DNA of 64,000 bases from the human T2T-CHM13v2.0 reference genome, Homo sapiens: assembly GCF_009914755.1 (NCBI RefSeq), contig NC_060927.1. One strand, 5' to 3'. Both the position numbers and the translations under genes were made by a program. The notes below the pieces were generated by a model. It searched no databases and was not told the origin of the DNA. It was given only the letters and a program-made list of their open reading frames with translations. Of the stretch, positions 40,181 to 54,137 are shown one piece after another (the stretch's first letter is position 1; each line of letters begins with the position of its first letter).

Positions 40181-40857
40181 TACTGCATTACTTACATACC
40201 TGAGAAGAAAAATGCTTTCATATTTGTGTTAGGTGAAAATAAAGCAGTGGCTCACTTTTAAAAACAAGGCAAAGCATCCAATAAATTATCACTATTATTT
40301 GGTTGATTGTCAATAAATTAATAGTTTTTTTTGGGGAAAGGAATTGGAGCAAACCTCCTTTATTGGAGGCTCTGTTAGAGATTTCTTGGGGTTTGGTATC
40401 ACTTTGCATAGGTAATGAGGCTAATCTATCAGCATCATCATGTTATTCCAGTGATGCAGTGATGATAAATGCAGAGTATGCGATAGTGCCAGAGCCTCTC
40501 TATAATTAATTACCATCTTACAGTTACCTTCAGACATTTATTAGAAACATTGAGACTTGGTTTTAGCAGTCTATCATAGTCGATTTGAGTAAGAAGCTTC
40601 TAAATCCCAGCAGTTGTTTTCATTAGTTGACAGATTATGAGAAATATGACCATGTGCTCTATGCAAGTCAGAAGAGCCAGATACACTTTGTTATCCCCAG
40701 GGTTCACAGATCTGCAGGGAAAAGCAGCAGCCACAAAATTAATAAAGGACTACTTTTCACTCAGACCTATATTTCAAATAACATTTTATGTATTATCTTT
40801 GTAGTTTTTATTAATAGTATCTAATATATATGAACAAAATGTGATTTTTACAGTTTC

Positions 40858-41225
40858 TGTCTTAGTTTAGGTTGCTATAACAGGACACCCTTGACTACTT
40901 GACTACACAACAATTTATTTATTGAAGTTCTGGAGGCTGAAAGTCTGTAATCAGGATGTCATCAGGGTTGGGTTCTTGGTGAAGGCCCTCTTCCTGGTTT
41001 GCAGATGACCTCTTCTAGCAGTGTCCTTCACATGTCTTTTCATAGAGAAAGGCAAGAGCTCTTTCTCTTCTTATAAGGCACTAAGCCCATCATGGGGGCC
41101 CCAACCTCATAACTTTATCTAAACCTACTGACCTCCCAAAGGACTCACCTCCTAATACCATCCCATTGGGGGTTAGAATTTCAACGTATCAATTTGGGAA
41201 GGATGCAAACATGCAGTCCATAAGA
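40858..41225 (-). mobile_element. MaLR solo LTR (MLT1A-like)
   Basis: tgtcttagtttaggttgctataac...gttctggaggctg...cttataaggcactaa...aaacatgcagtccataa. Confidence 0.85.
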
Positions 41226-41729
41226 GTCACTATTCAGGAAATTCTTATAACAGTCCTGTGAAGTCAGTATTTGCAGTGTCTCCGGTTAACCAGCAAGGGA
41301 CTAGATGCCTCAAAGTGGTTCTGTTTACCCATGTACAAGTGTGAGAACTTGACTTTGAATGTAGGCCTTTCAATGCTCTAGTCCTTGGTCATTTGACTTT
41401 TCCAGTGGTTTTAAAAAATGTGTTTGAGCCCAGAATGCTGTCTATTAAAAAACTTAATCTGGAACAGTTCCTACCCCTGTTTCAAAGGTTCTGATGTACC
41501 TTTTCAGAATTTTTATGTTTCTTCAAAGCTAATTTTAAACTATGTGCAGGCCCCTGAGCTTTCTCCTATTTAGGTGTACTGGGGCTCTAGTGCAGAAAAA
41601 GATGAAGCAAAGAAAAATCTAATTTAACATATTAATAATTTTTTAAAAGATTTATGTTTATTGAATACAATTCAGTATTGTCTAGAACTTTTTAAAAAAG
41701 TATATTTCTATCACTTAATTTATTTTAAT

Positions 41730-42930
41730 TTTTAAATAATTTTAGACTAGAAAAGTTACAAAAATAGATCAGAAAGTTTTTGTATTTCCTTCATCCACCT
41801 TTCCCTAACGTTAATATCATACATAACCACAATTTATGTACTTACATAGTACATTTATCAGAACCAGGAAATTAACGTTGCTGCATTCCTATTAAGTAAA
41901 CTACAGATTTTATTATTTTTTCACCAGTTTTTTCTGCTAACATTCTTTTTCTGTTCCCTAACCCAATCCAGCATCCCATATTGCATTTAGTTATTATAGT
42001 TCTGCTCAGTGTCCTCCAATTGGTGACAATTCCTCAGTCTTTCCTTGTCTTGACATTGTTTAAGAGTACTGATCGTTATTTTGTAGAATGTCCCTCAATT
42101 TGGGTGTGACTGATGTTTTCTCTTGATTAGACTGATGTTAAATGTTTTTGGCAAGAACACTACAGAAGTGATATTTTGCCCTTCTCAAGGAATTACAGCA
42201 AGGAGTGTATGAAGTCTTATTATTGGTGTTGTTGACCTTGGTCACTAGTTAAGGCAGTGTCTGCCAGCTTTTTCCACTGTAAAGTTATTATTTTTCTTTT
42301 TATAGTATCTTGGGGGAAAGATTTTGAGACTGTGCAAATATCCTGTTTCTCCTGAAGCTTTTATTCATTAATTTTAGCATCACAGGGTAGAACTTGCTAG
42401 AAGCTATTACTGTGGTATTGGCCTCATGATCATTTTATATTTCCCTCATTCCTTTTATATTTATTAATTAGAATTCTAAATGGAGGAGGCTACCCTTTCC
42501 CAGATTTATTGATTCAATTATTTGTATTTATCGGTATGGACTCATGGATATTTATTTTATTCTAAGGGTGTAATTGAGTATCATTGTTATTTATTTTATT
42601 GCTCAGATTATTCTGGCTTTGATCATTGGGAGATCCCTCAGCTGGCTCCTATGACCTTTTTATATGCTGCCTATCCCTCTTTGAGTATTTTCTTATGGAA
42701 AAACAAGATATTCCAGGCTCATCTTGTAGTGTCCCTGCCTCAGTCCTGGTATCAACCACTTTTCTAAGAGGACTGTTTCTTTTTTTGGAGAATATATTTA
42801 GAAACCAAGATCTGTGTGTTAGGTGTGTGTCATTGCTTCTAGGCCCTTTCAGTGGACAAAGCTTACAAATATATGTATGTATACTAACCCAGGCATACAT
42901 GCATTTATATTTCTTTCTTTCTATACCTAT
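41730..42930 (-). mobile_element. L1MC4/L1MC5-like 3' UTR
   Basis: ttttgtagaatgtccctcaatttggg, ttccactgtaaagtta, caagatattccaggctcatcttgta, atttagaaaccaagatctg. Confidence 0.8.
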
Positions 42931-43259
42931 CTGTTAACAAACAAACAAGTAGAAGTTTCTATTGAAACCTCAGCCATGGGTCTACAGCTAAATTGATCAT
43001 ATAAACTGTTCTAACTGAAAGCCTTAAATAATGAAATTTTCAAGGTTGCCAGCTCTAAGTGCACTAGGCTGTGAGTGAAAAATTTATGCTTTCTTTTCAG
43101 ATTTGCCAGAAATCAATTGTGTCACCTTCATCTCTCCTTTTCTGCCACCTGAACTATAAAAGCAGAATAACAATGCCTGCCCTATCTAGGTCACCAGGCG
43201 GTTACTTGGATTTAATAAAAGTCTGGATTCTGTCTACCCTTCTCTGTATTCCTTCATTC

Positions 43260-44900
43260 CTAGTTTTCTTCTGTGCCTTCAGTCTTGTTCCCCTCAAAGC
43301 TTTCCTCTGCTCTGCAGTCAGAGTAATCTATCAGAAATTAAAATCAGGTTCCATTTCTATTCCTCTTTAAACTTTTCAATGACTTTTTATCTGCTAAGAA
43401 AATAAGACCTAACTTGACATGGCAAACAAGGCCCTCCATGGTCTGATTCTTTCCTCTTCATGAGTCTCATCTCTTGTTATTTTCTATTTCCTGTTTTAAC
43501 TGTTTTAAACTCTAATATTACAATATTGCTTGAGATCATTTCTGCCGCCTTGCCAACAGCATTCTTTCTTCCAACTCTTTGCTTTTTTGATACTATTTGG
43601 CTAGAGTCAGATTGGAACACTCTCGACAGTGTCTTCTTACTTAGATTTTACCTACATTTCAAGGACCAATTCAGTGTCATGCTTCTGCCTACCTTGTTAT
43701 GTACTTGGTCAATTCAGTAAGTACTTTATGAGGTGGATGAGTTGTCAATTCTTTCTGTTACCACTTCCTCAGTACCTTGTCTGACACCCAAAGCCACTGC
43801 AGTTTGTTTTTTCATTTTATTCCTTATCTAAAATTGCTCTTGATAAGGTCCTAATTGCCAAATCCATAGACAGTTCTCGATCCTATGTAACTTGACTCTA
43901 AAAGTATTGGACACTAGAGGTAATTGGTGGTTGCCATGAATAGCCCGTGGTTGCCATGCAGAGGGTCATAGTGGTGCTGCATGATTGTTGAAGAGGCTTA
44001 TTTGGGAGAAGAGTGGTGCTGAGAGACAAGGGTGGAAGGGTAGACAAGGGCCATATCTTACAGAAATCAGGAGGTCACAGTAAGGTGATCACATTTATCC
44101 TGAGAACCACCAGGAACTGTGTAAAAGGTTTAAATGAACAAGCTTGTGTTTTAGGAACATAATTTATGGACATGAATGAATTTGGCAAAACTAGAAGGCA
44201 AGTGAAAATGAAATAGGCAAAGACTGGAAGGAAGGGAAATTAGGTTGTTGCATAATCCTGGAGTAAGATCATGCTTTATATAAACTAAGATAGCAAAAGC
44301 ATGGGAGAAAATGGATGTATTAGAGATAGTAGATAGAATCAAATTAATCTGATGATGAATTGGAAGTGGGGGATGAGAGATAAGAAGAAATAATAGTTTT
44401 TGTTTCTTATTAAGTGATAGAGGAATTTCCTGAGATTGGGAATGTAAAAAGAGGAATGGCTTTGGAAGAATGAGATGGTGACTTTGTTTTTGGAAATGTT
44501 GTTTGAGATACTTGGGGACCATCTAAATGAAGCTGTCCCATTGGCAATTTCACATTTGTCTACAGCCTGAAACACATATGTGGGCAGGAGACACAGGTTT
44601 GGAAATAAGGGCATGTTGATGGTAGGTGAATTCATGCTTGTTGGTAAGATATCCCAAGATGTCTCCAGTGTGAAAAGGGACTCTCCTTTTTATCTTAGTG
44701 TGAACAGCAGCACCACCTACCCATTTTACCCGGCTAGAAACCTTGGAGTCATATTCAACTGTACTGTCATCACCCAGTCAACTCATTTTGATTCCATATC
44801 CTGCTTAAGTCCTCTTTATTCCAGTTGTCTTTGCTTAAGCTTGGGCTCTTAGAATTCCTTTCATGAGCTACTTATTGTTCTTGCTGGTCTTCAGACTGTC
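43260..44900. mobile_element. Cluster of L2 fragments in both orientations
   Basis: caaggccctccatggtctg (+), ttgccaaatccat...attggacact (+), gaaatgttgtttgagata (-), ctagaaaccttggagtcat (+). Confidence 0.65.
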
Positions 44901-45964
44901 CACTTATGTGCTTTGTATCCTCAGAATATAACCTTATTCATACTAAAAATGTTAAGATATTTTTGAAAAGTATAAAGTGCTGAAGGAATATAAATTAATA
45001 AGTTTTACCTGAGGTCGAAATGCCAATATTTGTTTTATAATAATTTATGGGTGAAATTAAACAAAAAAAAATGGACATTTACTCCCTTTGTGGGTACCTA
45101 ATGGCATCTATCATGAGTAGGAGAAACACTGCCTCTCAGAGTAAGTCTTGGAGAAATATCTTATTATTATCTGTGAGTGACATATAAAAGGTGATCTTGA
45201 TAAGGGGATAAGAGCTGTTTTCCTGAGACAAGTGGAAGAAAGAAAGTCAGAGAGGACTTATCAGAGTAATTGTGTATTTTGCCCCAAATTTCTGACATGA
45301 TATTAGAGGCAGAAAGTCACAAAATTGCAATGGCCAGCAGCCAAATTGCATCCTCTACCTAGTAGCTAGCTGCAAGATGGTGAGGAGCTTCTATGTATGC
45401 CACCTCACCACCTGCCAGGACCTGGTATGGAATACATAGTAGTTCTTTCATGAATGCTAAAATGGCTAGTAATTTAAAAGAATGGAGTAAGCAACAATTG
45501 TGGATATTGTAACATACTTAATACTGTGCACAGAGAAAAACAAAAAAGAGAAGATAAATTCCAAAGAAGAATTTAATCCTTTTGTGAGTTTGTTGAATGG
45601 CAGGACCTAGACAAAGGTAAGGGCAGGGAAAATATTAAAACTAATTTTGATTTAAAAACAGTGTTTTTTGAGTAAAATTTCTTAGCCTTATTGAGTAGAT
45701 CTTTACTTTTGTCTGCTACTTTAAATGCTCCTTTTCTTTGTGTGAAACATCCAGAGACAACTTGTTTTCCTATAATGAGAGTTTTGTTTTCACACCGTCA
45801 GACAGAGGACACTCAGAAAAGCAGCAGAAAACAGATGTTTGATTCAGACTGTAAATGGCAACCTTGCTTATAAATATGGTGGGGTTTAGAATATTGAGAT
45901 CAATGAATCACCACAGTAGTGTTGTAAATTTGGAGTAAGGTAATATAATGATATCTGTAACATT

Positions 45965-46220
45965 AATATTTGTTTATTCATTGATTAGCATATATTTATT
46001 GAGAAATAAATCTGCATCCGATGCTGTAATTGATGGAGAGATACCACAGTGTATAAAGCAAGGTCTCTGTCCTCAAAACACTTAAATTCTAAAAAGGGAG
46101 ATTGACAATAAGTGGATATTAAACAAATATATATTTCATGTCAAGTAGTCATAGTTGCCTTAACGAAAAGTGAAGCTAAGTGTGGAAATAAAGAATAAAA
46201 GAGGAATTATTTTGGAAACG
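45965..46220 (-). mobile_element. L2 3' end
   Basis: catatatttattgaga...aaggtctctgtcctcaaaacacttaaattcta. Confidence 0.6.
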
Positions 46221-46365
46221 AGACAAAATGCCCAATAGGACATCTAAGTTCATTTGAAAGTCTTCCAAGTATTTTATTTATATATGTGGAGGGAATATCG
46301 TTTGGCCTGTGACACTGTATATTGCAATCCTTGTAAAAATGGGTTGCCTTCTCTTGTTCATTCTA

Positions 46366-46986
<621 letters not shown>

Positions 46987-47125
46987 TCATCTTGGTTACA
47001 TTTTACAGCACTTTACATTTGTAATCACTTAATAGCTACACTGGGGAAGTCTTTTAGGACTCAGTAAGAGCTGTCAATTTTCCCTTTAAAGAATGGTGAT
47101 TATACTTCCACAGAGTCTAGGGGTA

Positions 47126-47412
47126 GCACTGTCAAATAGAAAGATAATGTGAGCCTTATAGGTAGTCTAAAATTTCTCAGCAGCCACATTAAAAAAGTGA
47201 AAAGAAACAGGTGAAATTAATCTTAGTAACAGTTCATTTAACTCAACATATCGAAAATTATCTTTTCAATATGAAATCAATATAAAATTTTTTTAATACT
47301 AAGACTTTGAAATCTAGTGTTTATATTACACTAAGACCATCTCAGTTTGAATTAGCCATATGTGAAGTGCTCAGTAGCCATGTATGGCTAATGGCAACCA
47401 TAATAGCACAGT
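47126..47412 (+). mobile_element. MER33-like hAT-Charlie element
   Basis: agcactgtcaaatagaaa...agccacattaaaaaagtgaaaagaaacaggtgaaattaat...aagtgctcagtagccatgtatggcta. Confidence 0.8.
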
Positions 47413-48639
47413 TCAAGAAGCTTTTATGTTTTGAATCAAGCTTCCTTTTATTTTAGTTTATGTTTTATTTCTGAACATATTTTAAGCCTCAGAAATCCTT
47501 TCCATTTCTTCCACATGTGTGCTCACAACAGATCTATTTTGATCATGGATGATATGGAGATGTATACTAACTGTGTTATTCCCACCTCCTCACTCCATCA
47601 GCTTTTGTCTGAAGCCAGAAGCAAATCAGGCTGGTGAATAATGGAACACTAACAATATTATTGATCAAAGAAATGTGCTTTGCAGATCTAAGCCATTCAG
47701 GATCTCAAACACATGACACTCAATCTGCAACGGCTCTCTAATTACAAAAGTCAATTGAATGCTATTGCTGAGAAAACAAGCAGCACAAAGGATCTTTGCT
47801 AGCTTAAATTACAAAGTGTAGTTTTGTGAATAACATGAGGCTCTCTCCTGGAGCCCAGAAAATAGATGTATAATGAAGAATCAGGCAGTATGTTACTCCA
47901 CAACCCAGTATGTGTGCTCAAAAACTTTACTGGACAATTGTCATTTCAAAAGACTCAGCTCTAACAATGTTCTGCTTCTGAGTTCATTTATTCTAAATAT
48001 CATAATCTTGAGAGAGAAAGAAGGATAGTTGGCTTGGCCCAGCTCACGTCAGGAGTCCACTGCTGGACCATTCAGCTAAGAAAAGAGTGCATGGTGATAT
48101 ACTAAAAATAATTATCGGAGGCCCAGCCTGGTAGATCAGAGGTCATTCTCAGAGAAGAAAGAATCACTGGTGCCAACAATGTTTTGCCCCAAAAAACAAA
48201 AGCCATAGGAGATGCTAACATGGAAATAATGTTTACGTTGCTAAATTCATGCCTTAAATTTTGTTTACTATACTACTGACCTGTGCCTGTTCATCTGTAT
48301 TGCCAAGAGCATAGACAATGGTAGCATTTCTTTGTATGAAAGCCTCACAGTATTGACTGTATTCTTAGTTTTTCTAAGAGTGTAGAGCTAGTTACATTTC
48401 AAAATAATTCAAGTGGCAACTTCATTTAAACATAGATTTAAGAAAGCAAAGAACTAGTATAACTGTGAAGAATAAATTGAAATCTCAGGATATATCAAGT
48501 GAAAAACCTGAAAGACTACAGAAACAATATGGATTAAGAATGATTAATTATAAAAAGAGATCCTTGAGTCATTTTGGAGTGGATTCTTGCTTCTCCTTTA
48601 TTCTGCTAAATGTTTTTAGTAGCAATGATGCAACCTGAC

Positions 48640-48810
48640 ATTATACTTACATTAATGTATACGTTTGTTTACTGTCTTCTTACCCCATTAGCATTTAAAC
48701 TCTACGACAGTAGAGCCTGCTACCTATTGCCATATTTCCTGTGCCTAAAATAGTGTTTGGCACATAGTAGGCACTAAATAAATGATTGTTAAATGGATTC
48801 GTAGGTGAAT
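48640..48810 (+). mobile_element. L2a 3' end
   Basis: gtgcctaaaatagtgtttggcacatagtaggcactaaataaatgattgtt. Confidence 0.8.
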
Positions 48811-49000
48811 AAAAACATTAAATTTTCTATTTTTTGTTGCTAGGACCAAATAAAAATGGCTTGTGGAGATTTAGAGCTGAAAATTACCTTGGGAGTTATT
48901 TTAATTATCTTACTTTAAAACTTAAATAATTGAAGCCCATGTAAAGGTGCTTTTGATTTAGGAGACTATAGGAAAAGATGAGTCCAACACAGAAAGCCAA

Positions 49001-49620
49001 TAAATTAGTTCAACCATTGTGAAAGACAGTGTGGCAATTCCTCAAGGATCTAGAACCAGAAATACCATTTGACCCAGCAATCCCATTTACTGGGTATATA
49101 CCCAAAGGATTATAAATGATTCTACTATAAAGACACATGCACACATATGTTTATTGCAGCACTATTTACAATACCAAAGACTTAGAACCAACCCAAGTGC
49201 CCATCAATGATAGACTAGATAAAGAAAATGTGGCACATATACACCATGGAATAGTATGCAGACATAAAAAAGAATGAGTTCATGTCCTTTGCAGGGACTT
49301 GTATGAAGCTGGAAGCCATCATTTTCAGCAAACTAACACAGGAACAGAAAACCAAACACCGCATGTTCTCACTCGTAAGTGGAAGTTGAACAGTGAGAAC
49401 ACATGGATACAGGGAGGGGAACATCACACATGGGGGGCCTGTCAGGGGTTGGGGGACAAAGGGAGGGAGAGCGTTCAGGGCTTAAAACCTAGATGATGAA
49501 TTGGTAGGTGCAGCAAAACACACGGCACATGTATACCTATGTAACAAACCTGTACGTTCTGCACATGTATCCCAGAACTTAAAACAAAATAAAAAATAAA
49601 ATTAAAAAAAGAATAAAAAT
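49001..49620 (+). mobile_element. L1PA (about L1PA7-10) 3' end with poly(A)
   Basis: taaattagttcaaccattgtg...gggcttaaaacctagatgatg...gtatcccagaactt then A-tail. Confidence 0.95.
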
Positions 49621-49944
49621 GTACTATGCTAATATCAAGTAAATTATAACTCATGTATTTATTGGCAATAAAATTTTATAACCACTACTTTTCTGGTTTC
49701 AACTCCTCACCAAGCACAGCTCTGCTCCAATCCCCCAAAGTACTGAATATGGACATGAATATAAATATAAAATATGAATATAAAAAGGTTATTCAAAAAT
49801 TAAAATTTGGAGCATCTGAAAAGCACTCTCCAGAGGTTTCAAATATGTATTAAAATACATCAGTGTTTTCTGTGCCTAGGTTCTTTTCAAGCCAACATAT
49901 GTGAAGCTTCCAGAAGATCAAGACATAATGTCATGAATTCTGTG

Positions 49945-50128
49945 CTTAAATGAGGCCCACCTGATAATCCAGGATAATCCCATCATCTCAAGATACTTAG
50001 CTTAGTCACTTCTGCAAAGTCTCTTTTACTATGTAAGGAAATATATTCCCAGATTCCAGGGATTATTATTACATGGACATCTTTGGGCAGGGATGGCAGG
50101 GGGTGGTCATTATACTGTCTACCTTACA
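49945..50128 (-). mobile_element. MLT1C-like MaLR LTR fragment
   Basis: ataatccaggataatccc...ctgcaaagtc...ttccagggatta...tggacatctttggg. Confidence 0.7.
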
Positions 50129-50199
50129 TCTCTACTAGAACAATCTACAAATTGACCTCTTCCTCTTCAGACCTGTAAATGGCTGAGTCAATAGAAAGT

Positions 50200-50568
50200 T
50201 GTATTAGTCCATTCTCATGCTGCTGTAAGGACATATCTGAGACTGGGTAATTTATAAAGAAAGGAGGTTTAACTGATTCACAGTTCTGCAGGGCTGAGGA
50301 GGCCTCACGAAACTTACAATCATGGTGGAAGGGACGCAAACATGTCTTTCTTCACGTAGCAGCAGCAAGGAGAAGTGTAGAGTGAAATGGGGGAAAGCCC
50401 CTTATAAAACCATCAGCTCTCATGAGAACTCACTATCACAAGAACAGTATGGAAGTAACTGCCCCCATGACTCAATTACCTCCCACTGGGTCCCTCCCAA
50501 GACATGTGGGGATTATGAGAACTACAATTCAAGATGAGATTTGGGTGGGGACACACCAAACCATATCA
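50200..50568 (-). mobile_element. THE1 (THE1C-like) solo LTR with perfect 5-bp TSD
   Basis: TG...CA termini; TSD aaagt at 50195-50199 and 50569-50573. Confidence 0.95.
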
Positions 50569-53046
50569 AAAGTCAAACCCAATATTGTGTTTAAACAACA
50601 GCCAATAATCTCTTTCATTTATTTTTGAGTTTCAGATATTTTTTCTAACCATTTGAAATCCGGTTATATTTTAGGGGAGTGTTATAAAGGCAAAAGTCAC
50701 TAAGAACAACAGAAAAGAGATGCATTTCTAGAGGGTAAGGTTATCACTTGGAAAAAAATGCTCTGGCTTAAATTTGTTAAATAATTTTGTTAAAAAGGTC
50801 TCGTGGTACTGTTGTGGAGGTTATGTAGGTACATCAAGAGATGTGGAAAATGTGCCAAAAGAGTGAGCAGTACCCATAAATCCCTATGTCCCACACTTTT
50901 GAAAAATGATCAGCACATCACAAAGAGAATGCTCAGAATAACAGCTCAATATCATAGGAAGAGTAAGTCATAGCAGATATTTTAAGAATGCTTTCTATTT
51001 TTGAAAGACTTCTTTCCAAAAAAAAGTTAAAAAAGTTGAACAGTTGTGATATAAAGCTCCATCATTAACTAATGTGTTCATTAATACTCAGTGTTGTCAC
51101 AAAATTTGACAAATATATTGGAAAACTACTATTATATTTCTAGCATGTGTAACTTCATTTGTGACCTGGCTTGGAGTGTCAACTTTGATTTATAATATTG
51201 TTTATTAATTAATTTTTAGAATGTGAACTATTTATTAGATGGAAACTATTCTATACTTGTATCACATAAATATTTTAAAATTAAAATTAAGTGAATATAA
51301 AAAATGAACATTTTGTATTGAAGTTTTATGGATAACAATAAAAACCTCATGCTGCAGCAATGCAGCCTATTACATTTTATGCGTGTGGTTGGTTTACTGC
51401 ACTCATAGTGAAAACCATTCTTGTAGATCCTTCTACATGTTGCATCTACTTATTTATTGGTAAGCTGATGCTTGTTCTAGTGGTTACAGGTTTGTGCCTT
51501 ACTGCTTTCTCTTCCTGCTTGAAGTGAAAGGTAAACAACAGCATAGGATGGGTCAAGACAGCCCAAGTCTGTTTCTCTTAAAATCTTCCACAATGCAAAA
51601 GTAAGGTCTAAGTGGCCAGCCGTTATGAATGCCACTAGAGGCCTCCTTAATGGCTGCTGAATATCAGACACTTCAAATCCAACTAACATTTATACAGTAA
51701 GTAGCTTGTCAGCAATGCAAACCTTCTGGGAGCTATGAAGTGAGTACACAGAACACTGGGTTTGCAGGCATTTCTTAGGTTCAGCTGATAAATATTTAAT
51801 CATATTGAGCACTTACAGAAAAATGTAAAACCTTTGCTGAAAATCCAGTTTTAATAATTAGGGCTCCTTGTGCATTCTTATTCTGAAAGTCTTTGAATTT
51901 ATCATATTAAATGGGTAACGAGAGAAAATAGGTTTTAAGTCTGTTACTGGAAATTACTTGGGATTTTTTTGGTGGGTGAACAATAAGTGTAATTGTCCTT
52001 GACAAGATCCCTTGATCTGCTACTAGCAACTGGCAGAAAGCACTCTAATGTTCTTATTTTATTCCCAAGGCTCTCGTAATGATGGTAATGGACTTCGTAA
52101 TAAACAGACTAAATGACATAGCTTTTAATCATCACAATTCTCCTTCTTGCTCACAAGAATCTTACAAAACTACTAGTAAGAATTACTGAAATGGTGGACA
52201 TATAATTATAAAGATATTTTATAAAGTGGAGGGAGAAGAGTGCTTTCATTTTCTTTGCAAAATATCCCTGAGCATTTACCCAATTCAACCATGTAAATGT
52301 GTATGCATTAGTTTCCCCCTTCTCTCTTCTGCTTTTTATTCTTTACTCTGTCTCTGTACTCAAGTGATCATCATTTCAAAATTTCCTGTATTTTTCAATG
52401 ATACTTTAAAAAATGTTATCCATTTAGTCCTCCATGTCATACTCTGTTCTCATTTTAAGAAAAAGGAATATCAAAAGTAAAATAATGTTTTTCAATAGTT
52501 TTAAGAAATGGAAAGAGACCGAAAAAAAAATTAAGGGAATAACCATATAGCTTATTTGACATTTGTCTGTCACATGAAAAATCAATCTGTTGTGTTGGAA
52601 ACTATTTCTCTTTTTATATAAAAGAAAAGTCTGAAGAATTTGTGAGTAAATTAGACACCGCAGGGAACTGTGGAGATTCTGAAAGCATTGATTGGAAAGA
52701 ACTGGGCCTATTCATGATCTTCTTCTGAATTCATACACTTGCATTTCTCAACTATTAGGTATTTTCTCAAAATGCCCAAGAAATGGAAGAAAGGGCTAGG
52801 GGTTCCAAATGAGAGAGCAGAAGGAAAGTTAAAACTTCTCTGGTTTCAATATTTATATATCACTATTATTATTTTATGCTGCATTAAACATTTCATTTTC
52901 CCATTTAATAAATCTTTTCCCAGAAAAAATAATTATTGTGAAAAAGGAAGTCATAGATTTTGGACAAAATTTGCCAGAAGCCATTGGAGTTTTCCAGGGA
53001 AGATTCAGTTAAGACAAGGGATGTTCCTTGAAATCATAATCGGGAC

Positions 53047-53495
53047 TGAGAAAGAAAAGAAAGTTTTTATCTGAGAAATATATGCTCCCTTTAATTATCA
53101 GGTCCAGAGAAGATTGAAATGTGACAGCATGTGACAGCAGTCACCTAACTTCTCTCTTGAGGTAAATAATTACCTCTTGAAGCCACCTGCTATATGAGCT
53201 CAAGACTAAATGAGGCCAAGTAACTATAAAGTGCCATATGCTGGACACTATAACTCATGCCCAATGGTTCAATAATATATAGCCAGTCACTAATCAATGT
53301 TACCTCTGTAAACAAGTGAGAATTCTTGTCAGACAACTTTGTATCAGCCCACATCTTGTTTCCTTTAGCCTTTAAAAACCTGTTTGTACCAAAGGCTGAG
53401 CAGAGCATTCCCCAAGACCATTTGGAAGTGTGTACCAGGCAGCTGTCTTCAACCTTGACCCAAATAAACTATCGATGTTAATTTTGTCTTAGTTA
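53047..53495 (+). mobile_element. ERV1 MER4-group solo LTR, 3' end cut by the L1
   Basis: tgagaaag start, aattatcaggtccagaga, tttaaaaacc TATA-like box, aataaa near 53463. Confidence 0.65.
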
Positions 53496-53757
53496 GTGGA
53501 GGAAGATGGCAGGATAGAAGGTCCACCAATTGTCCCCTCCACAAGGATACCAAGCTAACAATAATCTACATAGAAAAACACCTTCATAAGAACCAAAAAT
53601 TGGATGAGCACTGATGGTACCTGGTTTTAACTTCATATATGTCTGAAAGAGGCACGGAAATGGTAGCAAAAACAGTCCTGAATCACTGATGCCACCCCTC
53701 TGCCAGCACTTCCACCCCTCCAGCAATTGCAAGGCATTGAACCCAGTGCTGTTCTGT

Positions 53758-54137
53758 TAGATCAGTGTATTCTTACGCTGCTATAAAGAACTTCCTGATA
53801 CTGGGTAATTTATTTAAAAAAAAAAAGAGGTTTAATTGACTCATAGTTCTGCATGGCTGGGGAGGCCTCAGGAAACTTATATTCATGGTGAAAGGGGAAG
53901 CAAACATGTCCTGATTCACATGGTGGCAGGAGAGAAAAGAATGAGAACCAAGTAAAGTGGGAAGCCCCTTATAAAACCATCAGATCTCATGAAAACTTAC
54001 TATCACAAGAATAGCATGAGGGAAACTGCCCCCATGATTAAATTACCTCCCACTGGTCTCTCCTACTACACATATGGGGATTATGGGAACTACAATTCAA
54101 GATGAGATTTGGGTGGGGACACAGCCAAACCGTATGA
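53758..54137 (-). mobile_element. THE1 (THE1C/D-like) solo LTR inside the L1 5' UTR
   Basis: gggtaattta...ggaggcctcaggaaactt...ccccttataaaaccatcagatctcatg...gggtggggacacagccaaacc. Confidence 0.92.
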
